The notes under the pieces are model-generated. The model ran no database searches, was not told the DNA's origin, and saw only the letters and a program-made list of their open reading frames with translations. A program made the position numbers and the translations under genes. 64,000 nucleotides of DNA. It comes from Camelus dromedarius. Its lineage: Eukaryota. Location of the stretch: positions 20,090,001 through 20,154,000 of the forward strand of contig NC_087436.1 of the NCBI RefSeq assembly GCF_036321535.1, read 5' to 3'. This document shows positions 13,125-26,860 of the stretch, one piece after another (the first letter of the stretch is position 1; every line of letters begins with the position of its first letter).

Positions 13125-13715
13125 AATCAGTACTCGATAAGGTGCTGTAAAATCATTGAAATTTTCTCGTCCTGGTCAGTGTTCTCGGATGATGCAGACT
13201 GGCTTTTCTTAGTTAGAAGAGCAAAATGAACATTGCTGCCAGATTATAGGCATTTATATCAATTTGTCATCGAGTTGGGAGAAAATATTTATGTAAGTTT
13301 TATTATATTGTTAGATTAATATTGTTCCTTGCTTGTTTCTTATAGAACCAAAAATCCATTTGTAAGCAATTTTGTCGAAATAATACTAAATAATTTCCAT
13401 ATGTTAACTCCATAGATAAACAATACTCTTTATATCTGTTAATTGGCTAAAAAAAATACCCATCAACACAGCAGAGCATCTTAAAACTTATGATACAAAG
13501 TATTCTTAGAGGGGAAGTTTATAGTTTCTTTCATTCCTTTATTAGAAGAGTTAATCATCTAAGTCAAAGTCAGCAAAATGATCCATAGGTCAAATCTGGG
13601 GCAGAGCCTGCTTCTGTACACCCTACAATGGTCTTAACAAAATTAGTCAGAAATAAAGGGACAGATTACCAGTACATGGAATGAAAGGTCACTAAAGATC
13701 CTTTGGACATTAAAA

Positions 13716-13865
13716 CACTGATTCTCAGCCAGAGCTGTTTTGTCCCCAAGGTACATTTGGCGGTGTCTACAGACATTTTTGATTGTCACACTATGAGTGT
13801 CCAGGGGCTGGAGACCAGGGATGCTGGTAAACATTCTGCAGTGCACAGGGCAGCCTCCCACAGCA
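13716..13865. mobile_element. MER20 DNA transposon fragment
   Basis: gacatttttgattgtcaca...ggagaccagggatgctggtaaacattctgcagtgcacagggcagcctccc. Confidence 0.75.
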
Positions 13866-13899
13866 CTGAGGTTGAAAGCTCCTAATTAAAATCATAACA

Positions 13900-15270
13900 G
13901 GAGAACATTGTAAACAAATTTAGGTCAATAAAATTTGATAAAATAAATGAACAAATTCCTTGAAAAGTAAAATTTATCAAAACTGACTAAGAAGAAATAG
14001 AAAATCTGAGTAGTTATATATTTATTTCAGAATTTGAATTCATAACTGAAAACCATTTTACAGAGAAAACTCCAGGCCCAGATGACTTCACTGGTGAATT
14101 CTATCAACATTTAAAGAGCACATAATGTCAATCTCTTATAAACTCTGAGAAAATAGAGGAGGAGAGAATGCTATCCGGTAAATGTTACAATGACTGCATA
14201 ACCATGATAGAAATATCTGACCAAGACATTAGAAGAAAAAAAAAATCACAGACCATTATCACATTTATGAATACACATGCAAAAATCCTATACAAAATAC
14301 TAGTGAATTGAACAGAGCAATATACAAGGATAAAATACAATGGCCAACTGGAGTTTTTCCCAGAATGCAAGGTTTTCCCAGCATTTAATAAATCAAACAA
14401 TGTAATTTAACCACATTAATAAAGCAGAAAAAAAAGATCATCTCAATAAATTCAGAAAGAACAATTTGACACCTTATTTCCAATTAATGACCAAAAAACC
14501 CTACAAAACTGGAAATTAGAACCAAGTTCATATGATGAAGGAATCTACAGCTACTATAAGACCAATAGTTACTATCATGATCAGTGCAGAATTGGTTGAC
14601 CCTAGGATTGAGATGGTGAGAATGAATGTCTGCTCTCACTCTCACCAGTTCAATTTGACTGTGTATCAGAGGTCCTAGACGGTACAAGAGGCAAAAATTA
14701 ACTAAAATAATGAAAAATGTAAAGATCGATTACAAGAGTAAAACTATTCACATGGTCTACATAGAAAGTCTATTTTTTACACTATTAAATTAATTGCCTT
14801 TAGATTAATCCAGTTTAACTATTCTTTAGATTAATAGATTATCCAAGTAGAAAATCTTTGAAATCTACTAGAATTAATCATTGAAATTAGTGAGCTTATA
14901 GGATAAAAGATCATATAAAAATCAATACTTTTATATGTTAACCAGCAGCAATTAGAAAATAGAATTTTTAAGTGTATCATTCATAATAGTATTATAAATA
15001 CCTAGCAATAACCTTAATGAAAGATATGCAAGAGCTATACTCTGAAACTACAAAACATTGCTGAATGAAGGAAGATCTAAGTAAATGGGGATATAGATCA
15101 TATTTCGTGCACACAGAACATACCAAGAAAAAACATATTCTAGGCAAAAACAAGGATCATTTACAAGGATTCAAATCATGCAAAATTTGCTCTCTGACCA
15201 CAATGAAATTAAAATAGAACTCAATAATAGAGAGATTTCTGGAAAATCCCCAAATTTCAATAATCAAAGG
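13900..15270 (+). mobile_element. Ancient L1 (L1M-type) ORF2 remnants
   Basis: Degenerate L1 ORF2 motifs (ccaggcccagatgacttcactggtgaattctatcaacatttaaag; ccagaatgcaagg; ctctgaccacaatgaaattaaaatagaa); A-rich. Confidence 0.8.
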
Positions 15271-15871
15271 CATAGATTTTTCTAGACTGCTTGCCTCAGA
15301 AGTTCAGGTTGACAGTGAAGATGTTTTGCTTTTCCACACAGCCAGGTGAATCACACAGGAATTGACTATGGACGTACTAATATCACATTCTAACCAACTG
15401 GCACTGCCCTGTATGCTGGGAGCGACTCTAGGCGGCTGTTACATACATACATGAATATTGCACTGAAACAGAGTTATGGTGTACTTAAAATTCATGAAAT
15501 CATTCCCATTTCTTGTTTTCTTTCCCTCACAGTCTGCAAATGCTGATGAAAAATCTGGGAACAAGACTGTGGGTGTAGTTGACAAAACAGAAAATCTGTT
15601 CCTGGACAGCTTTGGATGAATTTAATAAGTAGAAAGATAATGAACATAGACTACATTTGCATAATGGCATCACAAAAACTTACTGAATGATGCTAACTAT
15701 CTGAAGAAACTACAGTCTGGAAACTGAATGGAAGATTCTGGTTCTGACAAGATTATCCATTCTCTTTAATCATGATGCACAATTTTAAAGGAAGGGGGTG
15801 GAATGCCTCATATGCTTTATTCTCATGATCTTAAGTATCTTTTCGTCCTATTTTTCTAATCAAATAAAATT

Positions 15872-16033
15872 CTTTTTTTTTTTTGAATTTTGCTTTTTAG
15901 TTTTTTTTTTTTTCTCGCTATTTTGGTGGGGGGAGGTAATTAGGTTTATTTATTTTAATAGAAGTACTAGGGAATAAACCCAGAGCTTCATGCATGTTAG
16001 CACAAACATCTACCACTGAGCCATACCCTCCCC
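15872..16033 (-). mobile_element. tRNA-Ala-derived SINE (Vic-1-type), diverged
   Basis: Same head, plus AATAAATAAACCTAATTACCTCCCC tail and poly(A). Confidence 0.8.
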
Positions 16034-16564
16034 TCTTAAAACTCATTTTTAATAGAAAAATTTCCAGAATCCAAATTTGTCCTATCTTTTTCAAGGATTT
16101 ACAAAAGTAAACATTTCTGTTTAATAGACCTTTGAAAGGATGTGGGGCTGTAAATCATTTTTAATATTTAGAAGTTTTCTAACCACCCTTAAAAAGGCTT
16201 TTAAGTTACTCCCCCCATAATTATTTATTTTGACTATAAATTATGGTTAAATTTAGCCAGAAAAATTTAAAATTTCCCTTTGTAAATAGAGGTTAGAGGA
16301 CCTTTTCTTCCCCAGAGGTTTCCTTCCTTTTTTTTTTTTATAAAAAATTATTTTTATCTAAATATTTTTTTTAGTATCTACCTTTTACAGTTTTTAACTT
16401 CTTGCTACCTCCAATCATTCTAAAAATAATTACATCATGTGAGTATAATTCTCTCAAAGCTCAGGGGAATTATTCTTTCCTGAGTCTCCTTCTATTCCGG
16501 GTTTGAATGTGAGGGGAAAACCAAGTGTGGCGATGTGTTAGCGGCTAATGATAGCTGGTGTTAC

Positions 16565-16780
16565 TAAACTATTTGATGGCCATTGTGCTGACTATTACAA
16601 TTATCGTATTAATTGTTCTTCTCAACATCCCTGTGAAATAGATGCTACTGGTATCCCCATACTTCGGAGGAAATAATTTCAAGGAGACCAACCCCTTGCC
16701 CAAGTTCGTAACATTACGAGTAGGAGAGCCAGGGTTTGAACTCATGTCCCTGACTCCAGTGTCCACATACTTAATTGTTG
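16565..16780. mobile_element. MIR SINE
   Basis: ctcaacatccctgtgaaatagatgctactggtatccccat...cttgcccaagttc...agagccagggtttgaactca. Confidence 0.6.
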
Positions 16781-17579
16781 GTGTTCACTAGCTCCCATTT
16801 TGCTGTGTATTACTAAAGGAACAGGATTATTTCAGATCCCCCAGCTTATAAAGACCTCTCTAATTTCAGTGTTCTCTCTATATACGGTGTGATACAATGG
16901 CACCCTGTCCAAGGTGATGCACAATCTCACCACATGATGGTGCCAGTGAGGTGGGCAGCCATGTGCTGCTAGTACTTGACATTAGGCTCAGACCTAAATA
17001 TAAATGCCAACAGAATGTAATTAAAGGTGTTAAAAAAAATAAGAATTTTTTTTTTTAAAAAAGCAGCCATAAAACTTAACAGTCTAGAGAGTCTTTTTAA
17101 AACATAAGGAATGAAAAGATCACAACTACAAAAAGGGTAAGAGTAATTGACTCATAAAAGTTAAAAAGATAAAAGATGAGCCTTTGTATTCGTGAAGTAT
17201 GTGGGACAGATGTCAGAGACTTCCCACAGGAAGGAAAACACCAAAGGAAATGAATTAACTGAGAGCAGGTGACTTACAAAAAAATTATAATAATAAAGCA
17301 AGAGACCAGCTGTATAGTGATGTGGCTCCAGGGTCAAATGGTAACTGTTCCAGTAAGATTCCACAGTAAGTGCAAATGGCTTAGCAAAAGCCAGGGACTA
17401 AAAGATTTTAGAGAACTTTTAAATAGACATCACTACTTTCTTTTCTAACCAGAATAAGCATTACTATTTTTCCCTCCTGCAATAGCAAAGATACAACCTA
17501 TTGTAGAAGGAAGAAGCGTTGTTTCTCAGAAATGTACTGAGGCAAATCCACACACATTCTGTTAATTGCAGTGGTTCCA

Positions 17580-17736
17580 CTGACTCTCCAAACGTGGTCC
17601 CTGCGCCATCAGCATCACCTAAAACCATTAGAAATGTACATTCTTTGGTCCCACCCCTAGACTTACTGAACCAGAAACTCTGGGCATGGGGCTCCCTAGG
17701 TGCCTGTGAAGCACCTGACAGCTCAAGGTCCACTGT
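17580..17736. mobile_element. MER5-type MITE (diverged)
   Basis: ctccaaacgtggtccc...cagcatcacct...cccacccctagacttactgaaccagaaactctggg. Confidence 0.65.
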
Positions 17737-18601
17737 ATTATTGAAGAAAAAGAGAAGAGAATTTCATCAAAGCATCATTAATAACACAAAGAAGTTGAAA
17801 ATTACGTTCTGTGAGTAAAGAAATATTTAGTAAATAGTGAAATGCTAGTGAGGCATTTAATCATAAGTTTGATGGATAGTTTTTAATAATGGAACATGCC
17901 TATGATGTAATACTGATAAAGTCAGACCACAAAATTGATTTCAATTATGTAAAAACAATTACTGAAAAAAAATAGAAGGAAACAAGCACAACTAGTTAAC
18001 AGTGGTTGCCTTGGAGTGATGAGGTTATATGCACCTTTATTTTCCTGCCTCTTAATGTTGCAGATGCTGTTTCCAAATTTTCTATGAGGAGCCATTTTAT
18101 TCCTATTTTTTTAAAAAATCTCATCAATATAATGATTAAGGAAGTGGTAAGGGGGGGGGTACTTTCCAAAGTCAAAATACTAGTTAGAAATATCATTCTT
18201 CCCCATTTTTTCCCCTAAATATATGGTTACTAGGAAAAAGACACGGGAGTGTCCAAGGCGTAAAGAAAAAACACAATCATCGTGTTGCTCATGGGAGAGA
18301 CAAGGCACAGAAAGACCATAGTTGATATGATTCAGCTGTGGCATAGTTGATACGTATTCGGTGAGAAGGAGGTACAGGGAATAAAAATTTGACAGAGGAA
18401 ATAATCTTGTTACAACCGCTAACCATGTGCTTTCCCCTTTCAAGTAGCATTTAGTTAGTGGAAATATTGTGTTCTAAAGTAATGTAAAGGAAAGGGTTGG
18501 ACATGGTACCCCTAAGAAAGATTCACATTTTATACCTGTGTCATTTGAATTAATGACCTGATAAATCAAGTAGGAAAAAACCACTCAGATGACTATAATT
18601 T

Positions 18602-18727
18602 GCAGGGGGAACTAATTAGGCTTATCTATTCATTTAATTTTTTTGTTAAGTGGAGGTACTGGGAATTGAAATTAGGGCCTCATGCGTGCTAGGCATGTAC
18701 TCTACCACTGAGCTCTACCCTCCCCCG
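18602..18727 (-). mobile_element. tRNA-Ala-derived SINE (Vic-1-type) with 17-bp TSD
   Basis: tcagatgactataattt at 18585-18601 and 18728-18744 flanks the element. Confidence 0.9.
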
Positions 18728-18799
18728 TCAGATGACTATAATTTTTAAGATTAGTATCTATCTACCTATTTTTCTATTTTTCTATCTATCATCTATCTG

Positions 18800-19400
18800 T
18801 GTTCATCTTGAATATTAGACCCTATGCATCCTTACTTCTTTTTGACAAGAATATATAAAGTATATGTTAAAATTGATAACATATTAGGCCACAAAAAGTT
18901 CAGTAAGTTTTTTTAAAAATCTGAAACTGATCAGGTCACATTCTCTAAAAGTAATAAAATACAATCAAAATTAATAATAAATGATCAAACAAGAAGTAAA
19001 AATGCAAACATTTGGAATTTGAGGAAGGAAATTATTCCAGATCATTCTTAGAACAAAAAGGAAATCAAAACTACAATTACAGATCCTTTACAAAAGGAGG
19101 ATGTGAAATGGGAAAATTAATGGATGGAGTCAACAATGAACTCAAAAACAAGTTCATTATTTAAATATTTTAAAAAAGAAAGCCTAAAAGTAAATGAACT
19201 AAGTATTCAACTCAACAAATTAGAAAAAGAGAATTAAAAAAAAAAACATGAGAAAGGAAATAAAGATAAAAGAAATTAAAGAATTATGAAACTATTAGCG
19301 TTGTAAGTGGACCAAGAGTTATATCTTTGGAGGAAAAATAATACAAAAATATCCTGGGAATTTCTAATTAAGAAACCCACACATACATGCACACATTAAT
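18800..19400 (+). mobile_element. Ancient L1 ORF2 remnant
   Basis: taaatgaactaagtattcaactcaacaaattagaaaaaga and similar L1 ORF2 motifs. Confidence 0.6.
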
Positions 19401-20289
19401 ACATTAGGAGTGAGAAAGGGGATAGAAACACAGATTAAATATGATTTTTTTGTTTATTGTAGAAGACCTCCATTTCCCATAATATGGATGGCTATCTTAC
19501 TCAGCTCAACCCTCCCAGGTGAAGGGAAGAACAACTTAAAAGGATGGATAGCACATAAAAACAAGTTTAAAAGCAGCAGAGATCTGATGGAGTAGTAAGA
19601 AAGTTCCAAGCCAAAATCTACACAGAGAAGGTTCCCCAGAAATATTAGCAAGGCACTTGAACTGCTTTTGCCCTAAGAACATTTGCTAAACCAGCAAATT
19701 TTGGTTTTAGTAGTAGCCTTGGAGTGCGTGGACAACAGAAATCAAAGCCCAGGGTCTACCCAAGGTGAAGATCTAAAAGGGGATCCTTCTGCCAGATCCC
19801 AAAGGGAAGGATGAGCCAGCAGTGAACATGCTCACTGCTGCGAGGAGGGTTGCCTTGGCTCCAAGCAGAGCAGGGACAGGAAATGAAAAACCACTCCTGA
19901 AAAGTTGCAACCATATAAATGCTTCAGGAGTTTCCACACCATATTTACATCTCCAAGGTGGTCTAAAACCCTGAAGCCATGAATTTAAGGTGTTTCTGAA
20001 CTGACGATGTTTCTATGCACCAGACATTGGATATGAAAAACCTTTCAAGAAAGGTATATAGAGGTCAACCTGAAACAGGAATTTAGGTGCATACATCCTA
20101 ATTGAAACTAACATCAAATACAGCAAGGTATAAAAAGTACAGTAATTCAAGACCAAGTTGAGTTTCTTCCAGAATGTAAGTTTGGTTTTAATTAGAAAGT
20201 CAATTAATATAATTCACTACATTGACAAATCATAGGAAAGATACAAAAAGCCAACATAAAATGCATGGCTTATTCTAGAAATGCAAAGG

Positions 20290-20388
20290 TATTTTTTGTA
20301 TTTATTTTTAATGGAGATACTGGGGATTGAACCCAGGACCTCATGCATGCTAAGCATGCGCTCTACCACTGAGCTACACCCCTGCCCC
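20290..20388 (-). mobile_element. tRNA-Ala-derived SINE (Vic-1-type)
   Basis: Near-intact tRNA-like head; flanking direct repeat tgcaaag(g/a)tatttt. Confidence 0.88.
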
Positions 20389-22189
20389 TGCAAAGATATT
20401 TTAATATTAACTATTAAAGTGACATCAGCTTGGTCATGTTGGGGAAGCATCTTATTCCTTGTTTACTATAACTTTAAAAATTTAATCAAGAATGAATGAT
20501 AAATGTTATCAAATGTCTTTCTTTTTATCTAATCAGATGGTCATGTGGCTTTTCTCCAATGACCTATTTGATTTAACATCTTAACTTTATATTTATAAGG
20601 TCTAGACATTGACTTAGAGCAACCAAACTGTTTTTATTTCCTGACAGCATTTTTGTCTACCACGAAAATTAATTTTAAAACTCTTAGAACTAATAAGAGA
20701 GTGTCATCTGAGACTCTTGAGAAGCATTTGGCAATTCCAGAGTAGTCTTCATTCTTTCTCACAGGAATATATGGCATTAATAAACTGTGGCATTATTCTG
20801 AATTAAGTCACACTAAGATTTGTGAGCTCATTCCCAGAAAATAAATTATACGTAACGCAACATGAGAAGATCGTTTAATGTTTAAGTAATTCTTGTTAAA
20901 GATTTTATTTGTCTAGAAATTATGCTTCTTACTATTTATTATTTCGAGTGTAGGTTTACAAGTTCGCCTTAATGAGGCTGAAGTTGTTTCTGGAAGTCAC
21001 CACTGAACACTTCTCACTGGTAAGGGTACTGAGACGGGAGGATACCTCCAGCACACAGGTGCAGACCCAGAGGAGGTGATAGCAGGGGTTGGGACAACTC
21101 CTGTTCGTGATGAGTAAGGCAGTGGTCCCCAAGTGGCATTTGAAGAAACCTCTCCTTCACAAGAGGGCTGGAAGCAAGGAAGCGCTTGTTTGAATGTGCT
21201 GGATAGTATTTGATGAGGAATAAAAGGAGACCCAAATCCCTTGATTGGTCTCCATTTCCTGGTGTCATAAAACTTCCACTCACTGTACCCAGATTTTAGA
21301 GCTTGCATAAGGTCTCACCAAAGAAGAGGTCACAGTTGGTAAGACTGACAAGCTTCTTACCTAAGAACTTTGTAAGGCTGACAAGCTTCTTACACAGAAA
21401 CTTTACTAAGAAAGCCAAAATAAAACAAATTGATATACACGAATCACTTCCCTTTATGGCAACAAAACTAATTATAATGGCACAATAAAAATGCCTGATT
21501 TATAACACCAACAAAACAATGTGTATATGATAAAGATGGCATCACAAATAAATGGGGAAAGGAAGCATTTAATCGGTGGTCGAGGGAAAATTGGTAATTA
21601 GGCAGGGAAGCGGCAGCAGGGCATTCTGTGAAGCTGGGACTGTCACTGTGGCTCCTCTCGGACGTGCCTGGTAGAAAACAGAGAAGTCGGCATATCTGAG
21701 AGCTTTCTGCCTCAGTTATCAAATCTCCCCGTAATGAGTTCCTAGATCTGCATCTATATTTATTTATTTAGAGGTTGGAAGGAAGCACACAATGTTAGCA
21801 GTGGCTATCTCGTTTCATAATGTTTTCACTTAATAGGCAAAGAGCACTGTTTTACTTTTCTAGATGAAAAGTAACATTTAATAATGGCAGCAGAGACATA
21901 CTCTGTTTCTAATGTGAACAAGACGGTGTAGCCCTGTTTCTCCCCACCTCTTCTTGCTCAGGACAGTTCTAAATCCTGGACGTAAGGCAAGACACAACCA
22001 GAGCACTCTGGAGATGTGAAGAGAAGGCGAGCTGATTTAGGACCCAGGAAAGGAGGACATCTAACATCTTTACCAATTTTTTGTTTTTTGTTTCTAAGGA
22101 GCTCCAAGAGTAGGTGAACAAATTTGTTCCAAAGAATTTTTAAACAAAAACAAAACAAAACAAAACAAAACCCCCCCAAAGCACCTAAA

Positions 22190-22312
22190 TTAGTGTTGCC
22201 ACATTCAGTAAATAAAAATACAGGGTGCTTTTGTAGTATTTTGGATGTGTAGTTGTTGTTTATCTGAAATTCAAATTAAACTAACCGTCCTCTATTTTAT
22301 CTGGCAACCTAA
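22190..22312. mobile_element. MER53-like DNA transposon
   Basis: Inverted ends gttgccacatt... / tattttatctggcaacc, with internal tttatctgaaattcaaattaaact. Confidence 0.65.
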
Positions 22313-22480
22313 CCTAAACCTAAATGAGTTTTGAATTTCTAGAATTTTGATGGTTGCATTACCACACTTTATTTTTTAGGACAGTAGCTGTTAACTTTGA
22401 TGGCAGATTACAATCAACTAGGGAGTGAGAATCTCAGGGGTGGAAACCGGGTTTCGGTAATTTTAAAACTGACCCTTCTC

Positions 22481-23397
22481 ATCCAAATAGACAGTTCTCC
22501 AAAGAAGACATACAGATGGCCAACAGACACCTGGAAAGATACTCAACACCACTAATTATTAGAGAAAAGCAAATCAAAACTACAATGAGGTACCGCCTCA
22601 CACCGGTCAGAATGGCCGTCATCAAAAAGTCTGCAAATAATAAATGCTGGAGAGGGTGCGGAGAAAAGGGAACCCTCCTACACTTGTTGGTGGGAATGTA
22701 AATCGGTGCAGCCACTGTGGAGAACACTATGGAGGTTTCTTTAAGAACTAAAAATAGAGTTACCATATGGTCCAGCAATCCCACTCTTGGTCATATCTCC
22801 AGTGAAAACTCTAATTTGAAAAAATCACATGCACCCCAGTGTTCACAACAGCACTATTTACAGTAGCTAAGATATGGAAGCAACCTAAGTGTCCATCAAC
22901 AGATGACTGGATAAAGAAGATGTGGTATATATACACAATGGAACACTGCTCAGCCATAAAAAAAAATTAAATAATACCATTTACAGCAACATGGATGGAC
23001 CTAGAGATTATCATACTAAATGAAGTAAGTTAGACAGACAAAGACAAATACTATATGATATCACTTATATGTGGAATCTAAAAAAAAAAAAGATGCAAAT
23101 GAGTGTATTTACAAAACAGAAACAGACTCACAGACATAGAAAACAAACTTACGGTTACCAAAAGGGAAAGGGGAGGGGAGGGATAAATTAGGAGTCTGGG
23201 ATTAATAAAAGTAAAATAGATAACCAGAAGGTCCTATTGTAGAGCCAGGGAACTATATTCAGTATCTTACAATAATCTGTAATGGAAAAGAATTTGATAA
23301 AGAACAGATTTATATAGCTATGTATAACTGAATCACTTTTCTGTATACCTGAAACATTGTAAATTAACTATACTTCAATTAAAAAAATAAAATAAAA
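22481..23397 (+). mobile_element. 5'-truncated L1 (ORF2 C-terminus + 3' UTR + poly A)
   Basis: [55 protein letters not shown] is the L1 ORF2 cysteine-rich end; A-tail; degenerate TSD aaaactgacccttc / aaaattgaccattc. Confidence 0.92.
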
Positions 23398-23570
23398 TTG
23401 ACCATTCTTCACCATCCACCCCTCTTACAACCAAGTGATCCTAAGGGGACAAAGTTTAGAAAAATTGGTCAGTGTTTTCAGATGTTTTCATATTCTCCAG
23501 TTTAAAGAAAGCTCCATAAAATGAAAAATCTAATTTCCAAAATAATTACCATATCTAATTTGATGTCTTT

Positions 23571-23733
23571 TTTTCCTTTTTTTTTTTTTTTTGAGGGTGG
23601 GGTGGTTTGGGGAGGTAATCAGGTCTATTTATTTATTTATTTGTTTGTTTCCTGTAATGGAGGCACTGGGGATGGAACCCAGGACCTCAAGCATGCTAGG
23701 CACGCACTCTACCACTGAGCTATACCTTCCACC
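23571..23733 (-). mobile_element. tRNA-Ala-derived SINE (Vic-1-type) with 16-bp TSD
   Basis: ctaatttgatgtcttt at 23555-23570 and 23734-23749. Confidence 0.9.
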
Positions 23734-25149
23734 CTAATTTGATGTCTTTAAACACATTGTCTGAACTGAACAGTAATATATGTGGTATATCTGATGTGAC
23801 CACTTCACTTTACAGGCAGCCTGTTTTTCACTACATTTCTCTGGAAGCGTTCAAGGTTTTTTCCCTCTCATTCAGGAGAAAAATTGCTAAAGGTGAGAGT
23901 ATAAAAGCAAGCAAAAGCTCTTCCCTAAGCTGAGATGAAAAGCAATTCGATGTAGTATCTTTTTTAAATTGTATTTGGTGAATTACTTTTATTTCAAAGT
24001 CGAAGGAGAGAAATTCTTAAAAGGCAGATTGTATTAAAAAATATGACCAGTTTTGCCTCAAAGCATAATTCAATATTTATCAAATTCTGTGTGTATTTCT
24101 GCTGAACTTGGAAAGAGTGGCTTTGGTCTTATGACTAATATTCGACTGTCTATGATAAATATTCTTTGTCCCACTTAGACCACATCCAAATGTGCTTATT
24201 TTGTTTCTTTCCAATTTCACAAGAAAGGGAGACAAGGCTGAACTGCTGAATGTTTCTTTTCTTTTCTTTTTTGATCTTATGCACTATTTCAACCTGTTGC
24301 AATAAATGAGAAATGTCTGTTTATTTACTTAAACATACTCCATTGGCTGTGTTAGCCTGTCTTCCTATTAATAGTACAGGCAACTACACTTACAAAAGGA
24401 CCAAACGTTGTGGGTTCAATTGCTCCTTCATTTTCTAGTCTGTTTTGACAGTTCTTTAGAATATCAACCAGCTCTGCTGAAAATGGTTTATTATAAACCT
24501 TGAAATAACCATTTCCTACCCCACATCTTAAACTGTTAGTTTCTCCCTAGGGATAGTTTATGAAGTGCTTTCCAAATATCTCATGATTACTAATTAATGC
24601 AAGTTGCTGGGTGGGAAGAGAACTTGCTCTTAAGCCGGTAGGCTCACGGACAAAGCCTGGGGCCACCCTGACGTGTAGGTACTGGGGTATCATCTGGGTT
24701 GATGCTTTGCATGCCCTCCAGAGCCAGCCCTCGGCCTTGCAGCCTTGATTTGTAATCTCTCATGTTACACACATGCCTGGAGACTAATATGTATGACCAG
24801 AATGCGAATTTATTGATTGGTTATAAAAATATAACATATACTTGTCAATAATTCTCTCCACAGGCAAATTTCCATTTGAGTCCAAATTTCCATCAGAAAG
24901 GAGGAACATATTCATGCCTGGTGTTGTCAGTCTATAACAGCAGCTCCATGTTGGGGGTTTTATTTTCTGCATCACTAATCAGCAGTTTTGATATACACAT
25001 GATTAAACATTCAATCAGATTACAGTCAGGTGCTGTCGGGCAAGGGTGTACCTCCTACCCCCATGGTGATCTTGTGTTATTGATGAAATGGTGCTTTTTA
25101 TTTTTAAGTGGCTGAATGTTTTATTCCATTTTAATTGAATTCAATTTAA

Positions 25150-25670
25150 ACTTTCCCTAGCTTTACTGAAGTATAATTGACAAATAAAAGTTGTATATAT
25201 TTAAAGTGTACATGTTATTCTGATACATTGTGAAATGATTATGACATTCAAGCTAATTAACATGTCTACCACCTCACATAGCTATCATATGTATGTGTGT
25301 GTATAAATGCTTAAGATCTACTCTTTTAGAAAACTGCACATTATTATATATTTTATATATATTATACTAACTATAGACACCATGCTGACCATTAGATTTC
25401 TGGAACTTACTCATCCTGCATAACTGAACTTAAATGCTTTACCAGCGTCTCTCCATCACTCTCCCCAGCACCACGGCACCCAGTATTCTACTCTGTGCTT
25501 CTATGAGTTCCCCTTTTTTGGAGTCCACATGTAAGTGACATCATGCAGTGTTTGTGTTTTTGTGACCGGCTTACTTCTCTTCGCATAACGCCCTCTACGT
25601 TCATCCAGATTGTTACAAATTTACAGGTGACAAGATTTCCTTCTTTTTTTTTAAGGCTGAATAATATTTC
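25150..25670 (-). mobile_element. L1M-type 3' end (antisense)
   Basis: gctttactgaagtataattgacaaataaaa...ccacatgtaagtgacatcatgcagt...ttaaggctgaataatattt. Confidence 0.75.
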
Positions 25671-25674
25671 TTTG

Positions 25675-25681
25675 TATATAC

Positions 25682-25716
<35 letters not shown>
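25675..25716. repeat. (TA)n(GA)n compound microsatellite
   Basis: Directly visible. Confidence 0.9.
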
Positions 25717-26474
25717 TTTATATCCATATCACATGACAAAATGATGCTTTTGACGAAATAAGCTTTTTTAGTAGTTTACTCCAGAGTGTGGCTGTATTTT
25801 TCTCTTTTTGTATTCCGAGGAACATCTCAACTCTAAACAGAAGCTGTATGGGAACAGAAATCTTGTTTGTCTTATTCACAACTGTACTCCAGAGCCTAGA
25901 ACAGTCTGTTCGTTTCATATAGAGCCAGTTTCAATAGCCTACCTTTATGCTGCGGGCTTCACAATGTTTAATAAAAGTCACCTTGACGTTTATAAGCCAG
26001 ATCTATAAGCCAGGTTTATAAGCTCATAGGAGGAATAATATGACTTGGGGCCTTTGGATATCAGTCTAGTTGGAGGATGAGCTGTTTTGGAGGGCAGCCA
26101 GCCAACCCAACACCCCAAAATCCCACCCATAGGGAATTGCTGCTCACAGGCAGACCGTGGTTTGTCAGTGTTCCCAGGCTATCTGTAGAAGGAAAGAGCA
26201 AGGAAACAACTTAGTTGACATTCATTTTGTAAATTTGAAAGTTAAGATTAATTTATCATTTGATTGGGAATCTAGATGCATGCTTAATAATTGCTATATT
26301 CCTAAACTGTGTTCATCCCAACTAATATTCAGTTAACAGTGCACGGTTTTGACTGTTAAATCTTATATATTTAAATGCTATTTATATCTAATTTTACATT
26401 TTTATTATGTGTTATGATAGGCAATTCATAAAAATAAATCAAGTGCTTAGAAGTAGTTAAGTAAGTATAAGAGT

Positions 26475-26782
26475 AGGGATGGAAGAAATTGGCACAACAT
26501 TGTACACGGACTATACTTCAATAAAAACAGTAGGAGTGGGAAGGGATACATTGGGCTTTCCAGATTTGCAGATATTAACTACTATATGTAAATTTGATAA
26601 ACAACATGTTTATACTGTATAGCCCTGGGAACTATATTCAATATCCTGTAGTAAACTATACTGAAAAATAATATGAAGATGAATTTATGTATGTATATGT
26701 ATGACTGAAACATTATGCTACACACCAGAAATTGATACAACATTGGAAACTGACTCTACATCCATTAAAAAAAATAAAAATA
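26475..26782 (+). mobile_element. L1 3' UTR fragments (a short tail followed by a longer tail)
   Basis: Contains gggaactatattcaatat and two ends of type acattg..gact.tac.tc.atnaaaaa. Confidence 0.75.
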
Positions 26783-26860
26783 AAGTAGTGATGAAAATGG
26801 TCATGTAAATAGAACAACACTGTAGATGTAAACAATGAACCGGAGTCCAATGTAAATATT

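Noticed and set aside
21107..21350. TGATGA motifs suggesting a C/D snoRNA
   Set aside because: No D box (CTGA) at suitable spacing, no terminal stem and no evident host intron.
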